From contig JBBIJQ010000010.1 of assembly GCA_037445915.1 (NCBI GenBank), forward strand, positions 1 through 45,595: a stretch of DNA of 45,595 nucleotides, given 5' to 3'. Shown here in pieces: positions 9,659-18,707 of the stretch; within the stretch, counting starts at the first letter, position 1; every line of letters begins with the position of its first letter. The translations under genes were made by a program, and so were the position numbers. Source of the DNA: Planctomycetales bacterium (GTDB taxonomy: Bacteria; 4484-113). The notes below the pieces were generated by a model. The model saw nothing but the letters and a program-made list of their open reading frames with translations, did no database searches and was not told where the DNA came from.

Positions 9659-10795
9659 ATGATGTCTGCATTATGCAAGCGGCTAAAACTGTCCCTCGCC
9701 GTATCGCTGGCAGCGCTGGCAGCGACGTCTATGGTGGCATTCGCAGCCGACGCGCAAGAGGTTGGATTTCGTGCGCAGAAAGCCCTTAGCGAGCAGGCGT
9801 TCACGGCAGACTTCACCGTCAAGATAGACAACAAGGCCGAAGCAGCGGCAGGCAAGCTAAGCCGCAATCCGCCTAGCCTAGTCCGCTTGGAGCATTACAA
9901 GGGTGGACAGCTAACCGACTATTATCTTGAAGGCAGCGGGCCGAGCGTTGAAGTGATACCATCCGAGAAGCGCGCGATTATCGTGCCCGGCAGGCGCATC
10001 GGGCTGCTCTTTGACCTTGTTTCCTACTCGCTGGAATCAGCGCGCAAGCACGGGAAGCTTACAGTTGCGCCAGCTGCCAGTTTTGGCCGCAAAACCCTCG
10101 TTGTCACCGGCGGCGCGGGCAATGCGACCTTTAAGCTAGTGCTGGATTCCAATGATTACCTGCCGCGCGAGTTCACAGCTTCGCGAGGCGAAGGGCGCGG
10201 GCTTACGGTGCTGATTGAAGGGCTGAAGGTTGTCTCCCCTTCGCACTTCCCCAAAGCGTTTTTCAGCGTGCCCGAGGGCTACCGCGTTTCCGGCCGCGCC
10301 CCCCGCCTCGGCAAGACGGAGCGCGAGCGCCTGCTTCGTTTCCAGGGGAGGCTTAGCGGGCCACTCTACGACATGCCGGCTGCACGGCGAAGCGCGAAGG
10401 CCGCCGATGCAGGCGCGGGCGCTGGCGAGAGCGTGTTCCTGCCGGTCCTTCCCACGCGCCTTCCGCCGGGGTTCGTCATTGACACCGTAACTCCGCTCTA
10501 TTTCTCCGACAATCTGCTCTACCACATTGAGCTGGTTGAGCCGGGCCAGCTCCAGCTAGTTTCCATCTTTGAGACGCAGCACCAGCGGTTGCTGGACGAG
10601 TTCCGCAAGTCGCGCAAGCAAAGCAAGGCGAATTACCTTGACCGCCAGTTTGACGAAAGCGGCATCTTCGTCATCATCATTTCAGATGACGTGGAGCAGG
10701 CGCAGCTCCAGGGGATATTTGATTCGCTTGCGCACCAGCCGCAGCTTGCGGTAGAGCTTCTCAACCGCGCGCTGGCGAACCTGCTCAGCGAATAA
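9659..10795 (+). CDS. Exported MucB/RseB- or LolA-like protein
   Basis: Signal peptide, FFSVPEGYRV and PVLPTRLPPGF. Third gene of the sigma/anti-sigma operon. Confidence 0.55.
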   Translation: MMSALCKRLKLSLAVSLAALAATSMVAFAADAQEVGFRAQKALSEQAFTADFTVKIDNKAEAAAGKLSRNPPSLVRLEHYKGGQLTDYYLEGSGPSVEVIPSEKRAIIVPGRRIGLLFDLVSYSLESARKHGKLTVAPAASFGRKTLVVTGGAGNATFKLVLDSNDYLPREFTASRGEGRGLTVLIEGLKVVSPSHFPKAFFSVPEGYRVSGRAPRLGKTERERLLRFQGRLSGPLYDMPAARRSAKAADAGAGAGESVFLPVLPTRLPPGFVIDTVTPLYFSDNLLYHIELVEPGQLQLVSIFETQHQRLLDEFRKSRKQSKANYLDRQFDESGIFVIIISDDVEQAQLQGIFDSLAHQPQLAVELLNRALANLLSE

Positions 10796-10821
10796 GCTCC
10801 TAAGCTATAATAATCAGCAGC

Positions 10822-11952
10822 TTGGCGGAAAACATAGGCCATTTTGATTCGCTTGAGCTCGTCGGGCAGGGCTCTATGGGCAAGGTTTACCGCGCCAGGG
10901 ATTCGCGCACCGGCGCGGCAGTTGCGCTTAAAGTCTTTTTCCCCGACACAACTGTAAGCGCGCAGCAGCAAGACGACCTTCTCGCCCGTTTCCAAAAAGA
11001 AGCCAGCGTCCTTACCACTATCCAACACCCCAACATCGTCGGCATCCATGAAGTCGGCAGCTACCAGGGGCAGGAATACATAGCGATGGAGTACCTTGAC
11101 GGGCCGAACCTAAAGGACCTGCTGGCGATGGGCGTCGCCTTTTCGGTGCAGGACACGGTGGACATCGGGGTACAGGCGCTCTCCGGCCTTGAGGCCTGCC
11201 ACAACGCAGGAGTCATCCACCGCGACATCAAGCCCGCCAACATAGTGAAGCTGGCTTCGGGCGTAGTGAAGCTCGCGGACTTCGGCATAGCGCGCATCCT
11301 TACCGACGCGACCATAAGCCGCACCGGCACGGTCGTCGGCACGCCCAACTACATGTCGCCGGAACAGGTTCGCGGCGGGGAGATAACGCCCGGTTCGGAC
11401 TTGTTCTCATTGGGCGTCGTCCTTTACGAGATGCTGACTAAACACAAGCCTTTTGACGCGGAGAACATCACTGCGATTATGTACAACGTGGTGAACCTCG
11501 CCGCGCCCCCGGCGTCTTTCTACGACGAGGAAATACCCAAGGCGATAGAGCATGTGCTGGCGCGGGCGATGCGCAAGATTCCTTCGGAGCGTTACCAGTG
11601 TGCGCGCGACTTCCAGCGCGACCTGCTCGCGTTTGACGCGGACGTGCCAATCAGCGAAGGCACTGTAGCAACGAATGCGCGCGCAGAGAACGCGCCGCCG
11701 GAAGCGGCTTTAGCGCAGTCGGGCAATGTCGTCTACTGCATTGACTGCGGCGCGGCCAACAACCCCAAGAACCTAATCTGCGCGCGCTGCTACCGCCAGC
11801 TGGTCAAGCGTGAAGCCGCTATCAGGCTTGCTGAGAGCATGTTGAAGGCGCCAAGCCCGGAGATGAGGAGCGACCGGATGCTCACGGCGGTGCTGAACTT
11901 CATCCTCGCGCTGCTGGTGCTCGCGGTTATCTACCTGTTCTTCCGCACCTAA
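10822..11952 (+). CDS. Hanks-type Ser/Thr protein kinase with zinc ribbon and C-terminal TM
   Basis: GQGSMGKVY, VALK, HRDIKPAN, DFG, GTPNYMSPEQ; CIDC...CARC; hydrophobic tail. Confidence 0.95.
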   Translation: MAENIGHFDSLELVGQGSMGKVYRARDSRTGAAVALKVFFPDTTVSAQQQDDLLARFQKEASVLTTIQHPNIVGIHEVGSYQGQEYIAMEYLDGPNLKDLLAMGVAFSVQDTVDIGVQALSGLEACHNAGVIHRDIKPANIVKLASGVVKLADFGIARILTDATISRTGTVVGTPNYMSPEQVRGGEITPGSDLFSLGVVLYEMLTKHKPFDAENITAIMYNVVNLAAPPASFYDEEIPKAIEHVLARAMRKIPSERYQCARDFQRDLLAFDADVPISEGTVATNARAENAPPEAALAQSGNVVYCIDCGAANNPKNLICARCYRQLVKREAAIRLAESMLKAPSPEMRSDRMLTAVLNFILALLVLAVIYLFFRT

Positions 11953-11956
11953 GGCG

Positions 11957-12925
11957 TTAGTCCGCCTCTATGTCAGGCTCATCATCTTCAGGCGACGAGT
12001 CGTCAAGCGTGCGCGGCCGGTATTTCAAAAAGCGCAGCAAGTTGCCCCGCTCGTTAAACGACACTTCGTCCATGAGGTTCTTAACCAGGAACAGCCCACG
12101 CCCATACATTCGCATGAACGATTCCGGATCAAGGTCTTCGTTAACGGAGCTATAGTCAAAGCCTGGGCCTTCATCCAACACGCTTACTTCCAGCCGTATC
12201 GCGTCTATTGAGGCAAAGATGGTGATGGACTTGCCGCGGTTGGCTACGTCCTCCATCTGCTCCAGGAGATACTTGCGGTAAACGCTGTGTCCGAGCACGA
12301 GGCACCGTTCTTTGCACTCCTTGTCCACTTGCAGGTTGCCGTGCTCAAAGGCATTAAGCAAAACTTCGTAGAGGGCGACTTTCACGTCGTTTAGCTGCGC
12401 GCCCTCCATTTGCCAGCAGTCCCGCACATTAGCAAAGATGTAGTTAATAATCTTTGAGAGGTAGATGTAGTTGTTTGGGATGCGGATTGTGAAGCTTTGG
12501 CTGCGGATAAAAGGGACTATCTCGCGGACGTCCGCCGTCTCGCGGTGGACGGCGAAAATGTTCTCAATGAGGGTGACGACCTGGTTGATGTCAAAAGGCT
12601 TCTTGATGAAGCTATTTGCCCCCAGCCGGATCGCGGAGATTGCATCCTCCATAGTGCCGTAGCCGGTAAGGATAATGACAGGGACGTTGATGCGCCTTCG
12701 CCTGATTTCGCCCAATAGCTCAATCCCGCTCATCTCCGGCATCTTGATGTCGGTGATTATGAGGTCGGGCATCATATTTTCAATTACTTTCAGCGCCTCA
12801 ACCCCGTTCCCAGCCTGGAGAACCTCGTAGCCGAGCGATTTTTGGATCTTGCTTGCGATGACGTCGCGGATTATCTCCTCGTCGTCAACGACTAATATCC
12901 GCTTAGGTAAGAGGGCATACTCCAT
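11957..12925 (-). CDS. Response regulator receiver fused to RsbW-like HATPase domain
   Basis: ILVVDD, TDIKMP, KKPF receiver motifs; EVLLNAFEHGN, DEGPGFD, GRGLFLV ATPase boxes. Confidence 0.9.
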   Translation of the reverse strand: MEYALLPKRILVVDDEEIIRDVIASKIQKSLGYEVLQAGNGVEALKVIENMMPDLIITDIKMPEMSGIELLGEIRRRRINVPVIILTGYGTMEDAISAIRLGANSFIKKPFDINQVVTLIENIFAVHRETADVREIVPFIRSQSFTIRIPNNYIYLSKIINYIFANVRDCWQMEGAQLNDVKVALYEVLLNAFEHGNLQVDKECKERCLVLGHSVYRKYLLEQMEDVANRGKSITIFASIDAIRLEVSVLDEGPGFDYSSVNEDLDPESFMRMYGRGLFLVKNLMDEVSFNERGNLLRFLKYRPRTLDDSSPEDDEPDIEAD

Positions 12926-13045
12926 GGCGCGCTAATACTAGCCGCGCAACCCAAAGCTGTCAAACGCTTCACCTTTGCCTGCCCATCTCCAAGCCGAATC
13001 AGTATAGTTAGTTAAAATTGGCAATTAGCGTTGTTATATTATTGC

Positions 13046-13062
13046 CAGTATATGCTATACTG
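13046..13062 (+). promoter_or_regulatory. Extended -10 promoter (TGcTATACT) embedded in inverted repeat CAGTATA-TGC-TATACTG
   Basis: TG at 13053-13054 and TATACT at 13056-13061, 49 nt upstream of the portal ATG. Perfect 7-3-7 inverted repeat. Extra CAGTATA half-site at 13000-13006. Confidence 0.65.
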
Positions 13063-13110
13063 TAAATGGGCGTGTAGTTATGCCGCCTAGAGCGCAGGAA
13101 CAACCCAACT

Positions 13111-14478
13111 ATGGCAATTAGAACTTGGCGAAACTTCAAGAAACTAGACAATTGCAGCCGGAGCTATCTGGATACCGATGTAGCCTGCGAGGAACGGCTA
13201 GCTAGGCTTGCAAAGCTGCGCCATCACTCGCGTTACTATGCTGGCAGCATCTACCGCTATCCCGGCGAATGGGCGGCCCAGTCCAACTACAGCCCCGGCG
13301 TCAAGCCGCCTGCTATATACGTGAACTATGCCCGCTGCCTAATTGACCGGTTGGCGTCGTTTAGCTTTGACCGGGCCGCAGGCATTAGCCTCATTCCCGG
13401 TGGCGAAGCTGTCAGCGAAAGCGCGCCTGACGCCGCATCCCGCTTCCTTGCAGGTTTCCTGCGCTCGTCACGTATCCTGGCGCGCCTCACCTCCGTTGCC
13501 AGGGAAGCGCTTCTCTTCGGCGATGTCCTCCTCCGCCTCCAACACACCCCCTCCTCCCACTTTCCCCTCGGCTTCTGCCTCGTGCCGGCAGAAGAATACG
13601 ACTACGAGCACAACCCACTAGACATCGCCGAAGTGCGCTTCATCCGCGAAGAATACTTCTATCGCGGCGGCAACGGGGCTATGCTTGCCCACCGCGAAGA
13701 CTACTACCCCGATAAGACCATTATTTACCGCGACCAGCCTGCCGAGCAGTTGTCGCTTCGGCAAGCGGCGCTTGCTCTCTTGAAGCCTGTTGCAGCGCCC
13801 AGGGAATTCGCAGTTGCACATGTGCTTCCCAGTTCCTTCGGGGTTATTCCTGCTGTGCAGGTGCGCAACCGGCCGCAAACAGGCCAGAAGTTCGGCATAA
13901 GCGAACTGGCAGACCTCACACCGCTGCTAGACGACATTAACTGGAAGCTCGCCCAGCGTTCGCGGAATATCTCGCGGACGATGAACGCCATCATCAAGAA
14001 CATCAACGGCCGCATCGTGACCGGCGAGTATGACGACACCCAAATCATCAGCGTGATGGGAGACAACCCGCAGCTTGATTATCTCGTGAACAACAGCGAC
14101 CTCGCGCCAGTGAATGCGCATATCACCGACTTGAAACAGGCGCTGGCGGAGCTGACAGGCGTAGTGATGCTAAGCCCCGAGAAGCTTACCAGTGTAGGCG
14201 CGATGTCGGGCTTCGCCCTGTCAATCCTCTACGAGCCGCTGTTGAATGCAGCGCGCACAAAGCGCCGCGAGATTGGCGGATGCGTGGAGGACTTCCTAAA
14301 GCTTGCATTGAAAGCAGGTGCTGCGCTGGGGCATCTCTCAGTTGAAGAAGCGCAGGCCGCGCAGCCAACGATTACGTATGCGCCCGACATGCAATTCACC
14401 GAGCAGGAAAAGCTCACCCGCCTGCGCCGCGAGATGCTGGCATCGCAGAACAACCTTACGCTGAACCCCGATAACTAG
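13111..14478 (+). CDS. Phage portal protein (SPP1 gp6-like)
   Basis: NYARCLIDRLASF, EALLFGD, FGVIPAVQVRN, GISELADLTPLLDDIN and AMSGFALSILYEPL match the SPP1-type portal pattern. First gene of the head module. Confidence 0.88.
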   Translation: MAIRTWRNFKKLDNCSRSYLDTDVACEERLARLAKLRHHSRYYAGSIYRYPGEWAAQSNYSPGVKPPAIYVNYARCLIDRLASFSFDRAAGISLIPGGEAVSESAPDAASRFLAGFLRSSRILARLTSVAREALLFGDVLLRLQHTPSSHFPLGFCLVPAEEYDYEHNPLDIAEVRFIREEYFYRGGNGAMLAHREDYYPDKTIIYRDQPAEQLSLRQAALALLKPVAAPREFAVAHVLPSSFGVIPAVQVRNRPQTGQKFGISELADLTPLLDDINWKLAQRSRNISRTMNAIIKNINGRIVTGEYDDTQIISVMGDNPQLDYLVNNSDLAPVNAHITDLKQALAELTGVVMLSPEKLTSVGAMSGFALSILYEPLLNAARTKRREIGGCVEDFLKLALKAGAALGHLSVEEAQAAQPTITYAPDMQFTEQEKLTRLRREMLASQNNLTLNPDN

Positions 14479-14488
14479 GAGGCGCGAT

Positions 14489-14773
14489 ATGAACGAGATC
14501 ACCAACACCGAAACTACAGACAATTGCGATCCTGAAGCCGAGCCTACTGCCGACGGCGAAGCTCACGAAACTGAGCCAGCACCTTTGCACAATGCGGAAC
14601 ACTCACAACCGCCGATGAATCTTGAGCAGATGGTGCGGGAGGCGATAGACCGGCGCATTGCCGAGCTGTCTCCCCCGCGCCGCGAGATTCCCCGCGTGGA
14701 AGCTGCATCGGGCGAACTGCTGCCGGAACAGCGGCTGAGGCTTGGCTACGGAACGCGCGAACCCAACACTTAG
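14489..14773 (+). CDS. Putative short capsid scaffolding protein
   Basis: Acidic, low-complexity 94 aa immediately before the MCP. C-terminal LPEQRLRLGY resembles scaffold tails. GGAGG RBS. Confidence 0.55.
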   Translation: MNEITNTETTDNCDPEAEPTADGEAHETEPAPLHNAEHSQPPMNLEQMVREAIDRRIAELSPPRREIPRVEAASGELLPEQRLRLGYGTREPNT

Positions 14774-14795
14774 CAACTAAACACAGGAGAAACGA

Positions 14796-15707
14796 ATGGC
14801 ACTTACATTGGCTGAAGCAGCCAAACTTGAAACCGATTACTTGCGCCGTGGCGTCATTGAGACCTTCGGCGAATTCTCGCCCGTCCTGGAAGACCTGCAG
14901 TTCGTCCAGGTGCAGGGCAACTCTTACCGCTACAACCTTGAAGACACGCTGCCCGAGGTTGACTTCCGCGCCGTCAACGCGCCCTACAACGAAAGCGCAG
15001 GCACGGTCACCGCGCAAAGCGAGACGCTGGCGATTTTCGGCGGCGTGGTGGACGTTGACCGCTACCTCCAGCAGGTGCGCGGCTCGGTGAACGACCAGCG
15101 CGCATTGCAGACGCGCCTGAAAGTCAAGTCGCTGGCGCTCGCGTTCACGCGCGAGTTCTTCAAGGGCGATGCGACAGCGAACCCCGACAGCTTCAACGGC
15201 CTTGCCAAGCGCCTTACCGGCGGCCAAATCATCACTGCCGATGCGGGCGCAGGCAACGGCGATGTGCTCAAGCTGGAGCATATTGACCAGCTCATTGACA
15301 CGGTCTGGAACGGCCCGGACGTGCTCTACATGAACAAGGCCAACCGCCGCAAGCTTATCCAGCTTGGGCGCGAGACCGAGCTGGTCACGGTGGAGATGGA
15401 CGCTGCCGGACACGTGCGCACCTACTACGACGGCATCCCGGTGAAGGTCGTGGAAAAGGACAACCACAACGACGACATCCTCGGCTTTGACGAGACCGTC
15501 GGCGCCGAGGACGAATGCTCCAGCATCTACGCCGTGCGCTACGGCGCGGACGAGTTCGTCTGCGGCCTTACCAACGGCGGCATCCAGGTGGAAGACCTGG
15601 GCCTCATCGCCAACCCGCCTGTTTACCGCACCCTCATTGAGTGGTATGTAGGCCTGGCGGTCTTCAACCCGAAATCCGCAGCCCGCCTCAAGGGCATCCA
15701 CCAGTAG
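14796..15707 (+). CDS. Major capsid protein (HK97 fold)
   Basis: MALTLAEAAKL..LRRGVIETF, GNSYRYN, FRAVN, GGVVDVDR, FNGLAKRL, SSIYAVRYG and YRTLIEWYVGLAVFNPKSAARLKGI form a recognisable phage MCP pattern. AGGAG RBS. Confidence 0.93.
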   Translation: MALTLAEAAKLETDYLRRGVIETFGEFSPVLEDLQFVQVQGNSYRYNLEDTLPEVDFRAVNAPYNESAGTVTAQSETLAIFGGVVDVDRYLQQVRGSVNDQRALQTRLKVKSLALAFTREFFKGDATANPDSFNGLAKRLTGGQIITADAGAGNGDVLKLEHIDQLIDTVWNGPDVLYMNKANRRKLIQLGRETELVTVEMDAAGHVRTYYDGIPVKVVEKDNHNDDILGFDETVGAEDECSSIYAVRYGADEFVCGLTNGGIQVEDLGLIANPPVYRTLIEWYVGLAVFNPKSAARLKGIHQ

Positions 15708-15716
15708 GCAAACCCC

Positions 15717-15965
15717 ATGGACCCGAAGCGACTCCGAGGCTACATCCGACTCGCCTGCGCAGTTACCGGCGCTGGACGCGCTAAAGAACGGCGCGCGCTT
15801 AGTGCGCTTGGCGGCAATGACGCGCTCTATGAAGTCACGCTCCCCAACCGCCATTACACCGGCCCATTGCTGGGAGAGTGGTTTGAAGACGGCATGGCTC
15901 AGGTGGGAGAAGCAGCCTCGGAGCGTTTCAGGTCGAGGGGATATGCAGTCCGCAAGCTTTGCTAA
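15717..15965 (+). CDS. Small capsid-associated phage protein
   Basis: PNRHYTG...F.DG...FRSRGYAV resembles small proteins that follow this MCP type. Function unknown. Confidence 0.5.
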   Translation: MDPKRLRGYIRLACAVTGAGRAKERRALSALGGNDALYEVTLPNRHYTGPLLGEWFEDGMAQVGEAASERFRSRGYAVRKLC

Positions 15966-15977
15966 TCGCTTAAGCCA

Positions 15978-16562
15978 ATGAACACCAACCTTGATTACAT
16001 CCGCACGTTTCTGGGCGAGCGCAGCAGCGAAAGCCCACTGCTCGCCGATGATGAGCTTAGGGCGCTGATGTCGCTTTCCATCCGCCGCGAGCTTCCCGAA
16101 CGGCTGGGCGCCCGTATGGCTATGCAGGGCGTAGCATGCACCCGAGTCTCATCGGACGGATTGATGCGCTTCACGCTAAAGCCGCTAGCGCACGCGCAGA
16201 CGGAATACCACGCAGGCATAGGCAACTGGCTTGACGGCGCTTACGCCATTCGCGTAGGAGATGTGAACTACCTGCCTGCCGAGGGCGATGTCGTGGACAC
16301 GTTTGGCGGCCGCATCCTCTTCGCGCAAACTCCGCCGCCCGGCGTGGTCACAGTTGAAACATACTTGATTGACTTGCGCGCAGTGCTCATTGAAGTGTTG
16401 CGCATCTTCAAGGCATCGCACTCGCGGCTATCTCTGAAAACGAACCTCGCCGGAATAAGCGTTGACCTCACGGGAATCTGCGCCGGCATTCAAGCGGAGA
16501 TTGATGCGCTGTCCACCGGCTACGAACTTCCCTTCGCCGTGTCAGAGGACTTCCCGCACTAA
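15978..16562 (+). CDS. Putative head-tail adaptor
   Basis: Position after the capsid genes; helical N-terminus IRTFLGE..PLLADDEL. Assignment mainly by synteny. Confidence 0.5.
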   Translation: MNTNLDYIRTFLGERSSESPLLADDELRALMSLSIRRELPERLGARMAMQGVACTRVSSDGLMRFTLKPLAHAQTEYHAGIGNWLDGAYAIRVGDVNYLPAEGDVVDTFGGRILFAQTPPPGVVTVETYLIDLRAVLIEVLRIFKASHSRLSLKTNLAGISVDLTGICAGIQAEIDALSTGYELPFAVSEDFPH

Positions 16563-16960
16563 TGGGCGCGCCGATGCTAAGCCGCGTGTTTGAAGAACTG
16601 CTGCGCCATCTTGGCGGCAGCGCGGAAGATGTGTCGCTGCGCACGTATGTGGAGACGGCGCAGGCAGAGCCCGAAGCGGGAATGCCGCCGCTGCGCACGT
16701 TTAGCGACATGCCGATTATCCCGCGCCCGATTGTGCTGGATGCAGACGGCGCACAGGCTGAAGGCTTAAAGCCAAGCTTCGCCGGAAGGCGCGGCGTTGG
16801 CGGATGCCGCAAGCTTGTGGTTTCAGGCGGCTGCGAAGTGCGGCTTGGAAGCATCCTCGCGTTTGCAGACGCGGAATGGGAAGTGACTGGGATGCGCGCG
16901 CCAGTGCTTTACGGGGAGACGCCGCTAAAGCTCTTGCTCGCAAGGAGGTTGCAACCGTGA
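16562..16960 (+). CDS. Putative head closure/stopper protein
   Basis: TAATG coupling; beta-rich C-terminus VRLGSILAFADAEWEVTG. Assignment by synteny. Confidence 0.45.
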   Translation: MGAPMLSRVFEELLRHLGGSAEDVSLRTYVETAQAEPEAGMPPLRTFSDMPIIPRPIVLDADGAQAEGLKPSFAGRRGVGGCRKLVVSGGCEVRLGSILAFADAEWEVTGMRAPVLYGETPLKLLLARRLQP

Positions 16961-17394
16961 TTCTTCACACGACATATAGCGTCAACAAGTGGCTTTCTGG
17001 GCGCCTGAGCACATTCAGCGCCGTGGCGTTTATGGACACGCAAGACCTGCCGCTCCCCGGCTATCAAGTCATTTGGGGCGAAGAGCGCGAGATGCAGGTG
17101 CGGCCGCGAGGAGCATTGTCGGGGGCGAGGTTTACCATATACTGCGCTGCGCCAATAAGCCAGTGGCACCTCTCGCGCAGGCTTGCCACATGTGCACTTT
17201 CGGTTCTGCGCGGAGCCGCAGGCGGCTTCACCATCCCCCGCTACCGTTATCCGTTTAACAAAGGCGACCTGCCCATCGGGCGCATCGCCCTGCGCGACAT
17301 CTCCGCTCGGGAGCTGCACGATCCGCTACATCCCGAGCTTGCGCTGCACGTCGTCCGTGCGACCGCGCTCACCATCAACCCGCCCACCTGCTAA
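16957..17394 (+). CDS. Putative tail terminator/completion protein
   Basis: GTG at 16957 overlaps the previous stop (GTGA), with AAGGAGG RBS at 16942-16948; 145 aa; directly before the tube gene. Assignment by synteny. Confidence 0.45.
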   Translation: MILHTTYSVNKWLSGRLSTFSAVAFMDTQDLPLPGYQVIWGEEREMQVRPRGALSGARFTIYCAAPISQWHLSRRLATCALSVLRGAAGGFTIPRYRYPFNKGDLPIGRIALRDISARELHDPLHPELALHVVRATALTINPPTC

Positions 17395-17403
17395 GGAGCT
17401 GAA

Positions 17404-18162
17404 ATGTCCTTCAACTACGATGCGCTGGCCCTCGGCGGCTGCGAAATATACATCAACGACTGCCACGCCGGTTTCGCTTCCGGCATCACGCTGCGCAAAA
17501 CGGTGGAACGCCTGCCCGTTGACATTGTCTCTAACGGCGAGCTGCACACGCGCCACATGATTCCGCTTCGGCGCACGCTGCACGTGGAAGTGCGGCTTAA
17601 AGAACTCAGCCCGGCTGCGCTGTCGCTGTTCGCATCGGGCGAAATAAGCATTGTTCTTGCGCCAGCCAACAGCGGCGTAACCGATTACGTCCGCCTGTTT
17701 GCCGGAATGCCGACGGCGCTGCGGCACTTGCCTGCGACAACTCCGGTTGTGAAAAGCGCAAACGGCTCGGTGGCTTACACCGAAGGCGATGATTACGTAT
17801 CAGACTGGGCGAACCGCACTTTCAGCCTTGCGCAAGACTCGGATATCGCGCCGGGGCAGCTCCTCAAAGTGAGTTACACCGCCGACATCCCGGCCGGCCG
17901 CGAAGTGAAGTTCGCAGGCGGCGGCTTGATCACCGCGAAGATGGAAGCGCTGCACCGATACCCTGACGGCGTGAGCTTCGCCGTGTTGCACTTGCGACGC
18001 GTGGAGCTGGACGCCTCGGGCTTGCTCGCGTTGGGCGGCGAAGACATAACTGAGATACCCATTGCCGGGCGATGCCTTTCCGATGCCGCGCATGCCGATT
18101 CGCCTTTCGGCTATGTGCGCTTTCACGGCGGAACAATGCCGCAGATGGAGAGCCGCTTGTGA
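17404..18162 (+). CDS. Putative major tail tube protein
   Basis: LALGGCEIYIN start, VEVRLKELSPAALSL, YTEGDDY insertion domain and C-terminal SPFGYV. AAGGAG RBS. Confidence 0.7.
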   Translation: MSFNYDALALGGCEIYINDCHAGFASGITLRKTVERLPVDIVSNGELHTRHMIPLRRTLHVEVRLKELSPAALSLFASGEISIVLAPANSGVTDYVRLFAGMPTALRHLPATTPVVKSANGSVAYTEGDDYVSDWANRTFSLAQDSDIAPGQLLKVSYTADIPAGREVKFAGGGLITAKMEALHRYPDGVSFAVLHLRRVELDASGLLALGGEDITEIPIAGRCLSDAAHADSPFGYVRFHGGTMPQMESRL

Positions 18163-18707
18163 GCCTGTTCATTGGCCAGCGCGATGAGGACATTGACGCG
18201 CTGAACACGCGCATTGACGAGCTGGCGCGCGAAGTTGCAGCGCTGAAATCACTTCAGCGAGAGGAAACCGATGCGAGCGATGGCGCAGGCACAAGCAAGC
18301 TGGACGACACGCTGGACTCTGCGCTGGAAAACGCCTTGCGGCGCATAGGCATCACGATTGCGCGCGGTGGATCGCTGGATGATGCTGTGGGCGCAGTCGC
18401 CTCGCAGCTTGAGCATGTTGCCGGAAGGAAGCTGGAAAGCTGGCTGGTCGCTGAAGCTGGCGGGGGATTGCTGGGCGCGCTCGTCGGGGGTGCTGGGGCC
18501 GCGCTGTTCAGCGATGCCATTGACGCCGTTGTCCGCGCAATAAGGCCGCGCCGCCTCTACTTGCCCGAAGTTGAAGATTCAACGTTTGCTGCGTTCCCAA
18601 TGTATGCCGCGCGCGGGAGCATCTTCCCGCAAGGAGATGAGCGCGATGACGCGCTTGAGCGAAGCCTAGCGCAAGAACTTGCGCGGGCGATTTCGGAGGA
18701 AAGCTAA
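18159..18707 (+). CDS. Very short tape-measure-like protein
   Basis: GTG at 18159 (GTGA overlap); 182 aa; N-terminal coiled coil and Gly/Ala-rich hydrophobic AGGGLLGALVGGAGAALF. Lies between the tube and baseplate genes. Confidence 0.55.
   Translation: MSLFIGQRDEDIDALNTRIDELAREVAALKSLQREETDASDGAGTSKLDDTLDSALENALRRIGITIARGGSLDDAVGAVASQLEHVAGRKLESWLVAEAGGGLLGALVGGAGAALFSDAIDAVVRAIRPRRLYLPEVEDSTFAAFPMYAARGSIFPQGDERDDALERSLAQELARAISEES

Noticed and set aside
13510-13580. C/T-rich tract inside the portal gene
   Set aside because: Frame stays open and encodes a plausible beta segment; no repeat unit or slippage evidence.
14544-15854. 436-aa antisense ORF over the capsid gene
   Set aside because: Shadow frame caused by strong codon bias; no motifs.
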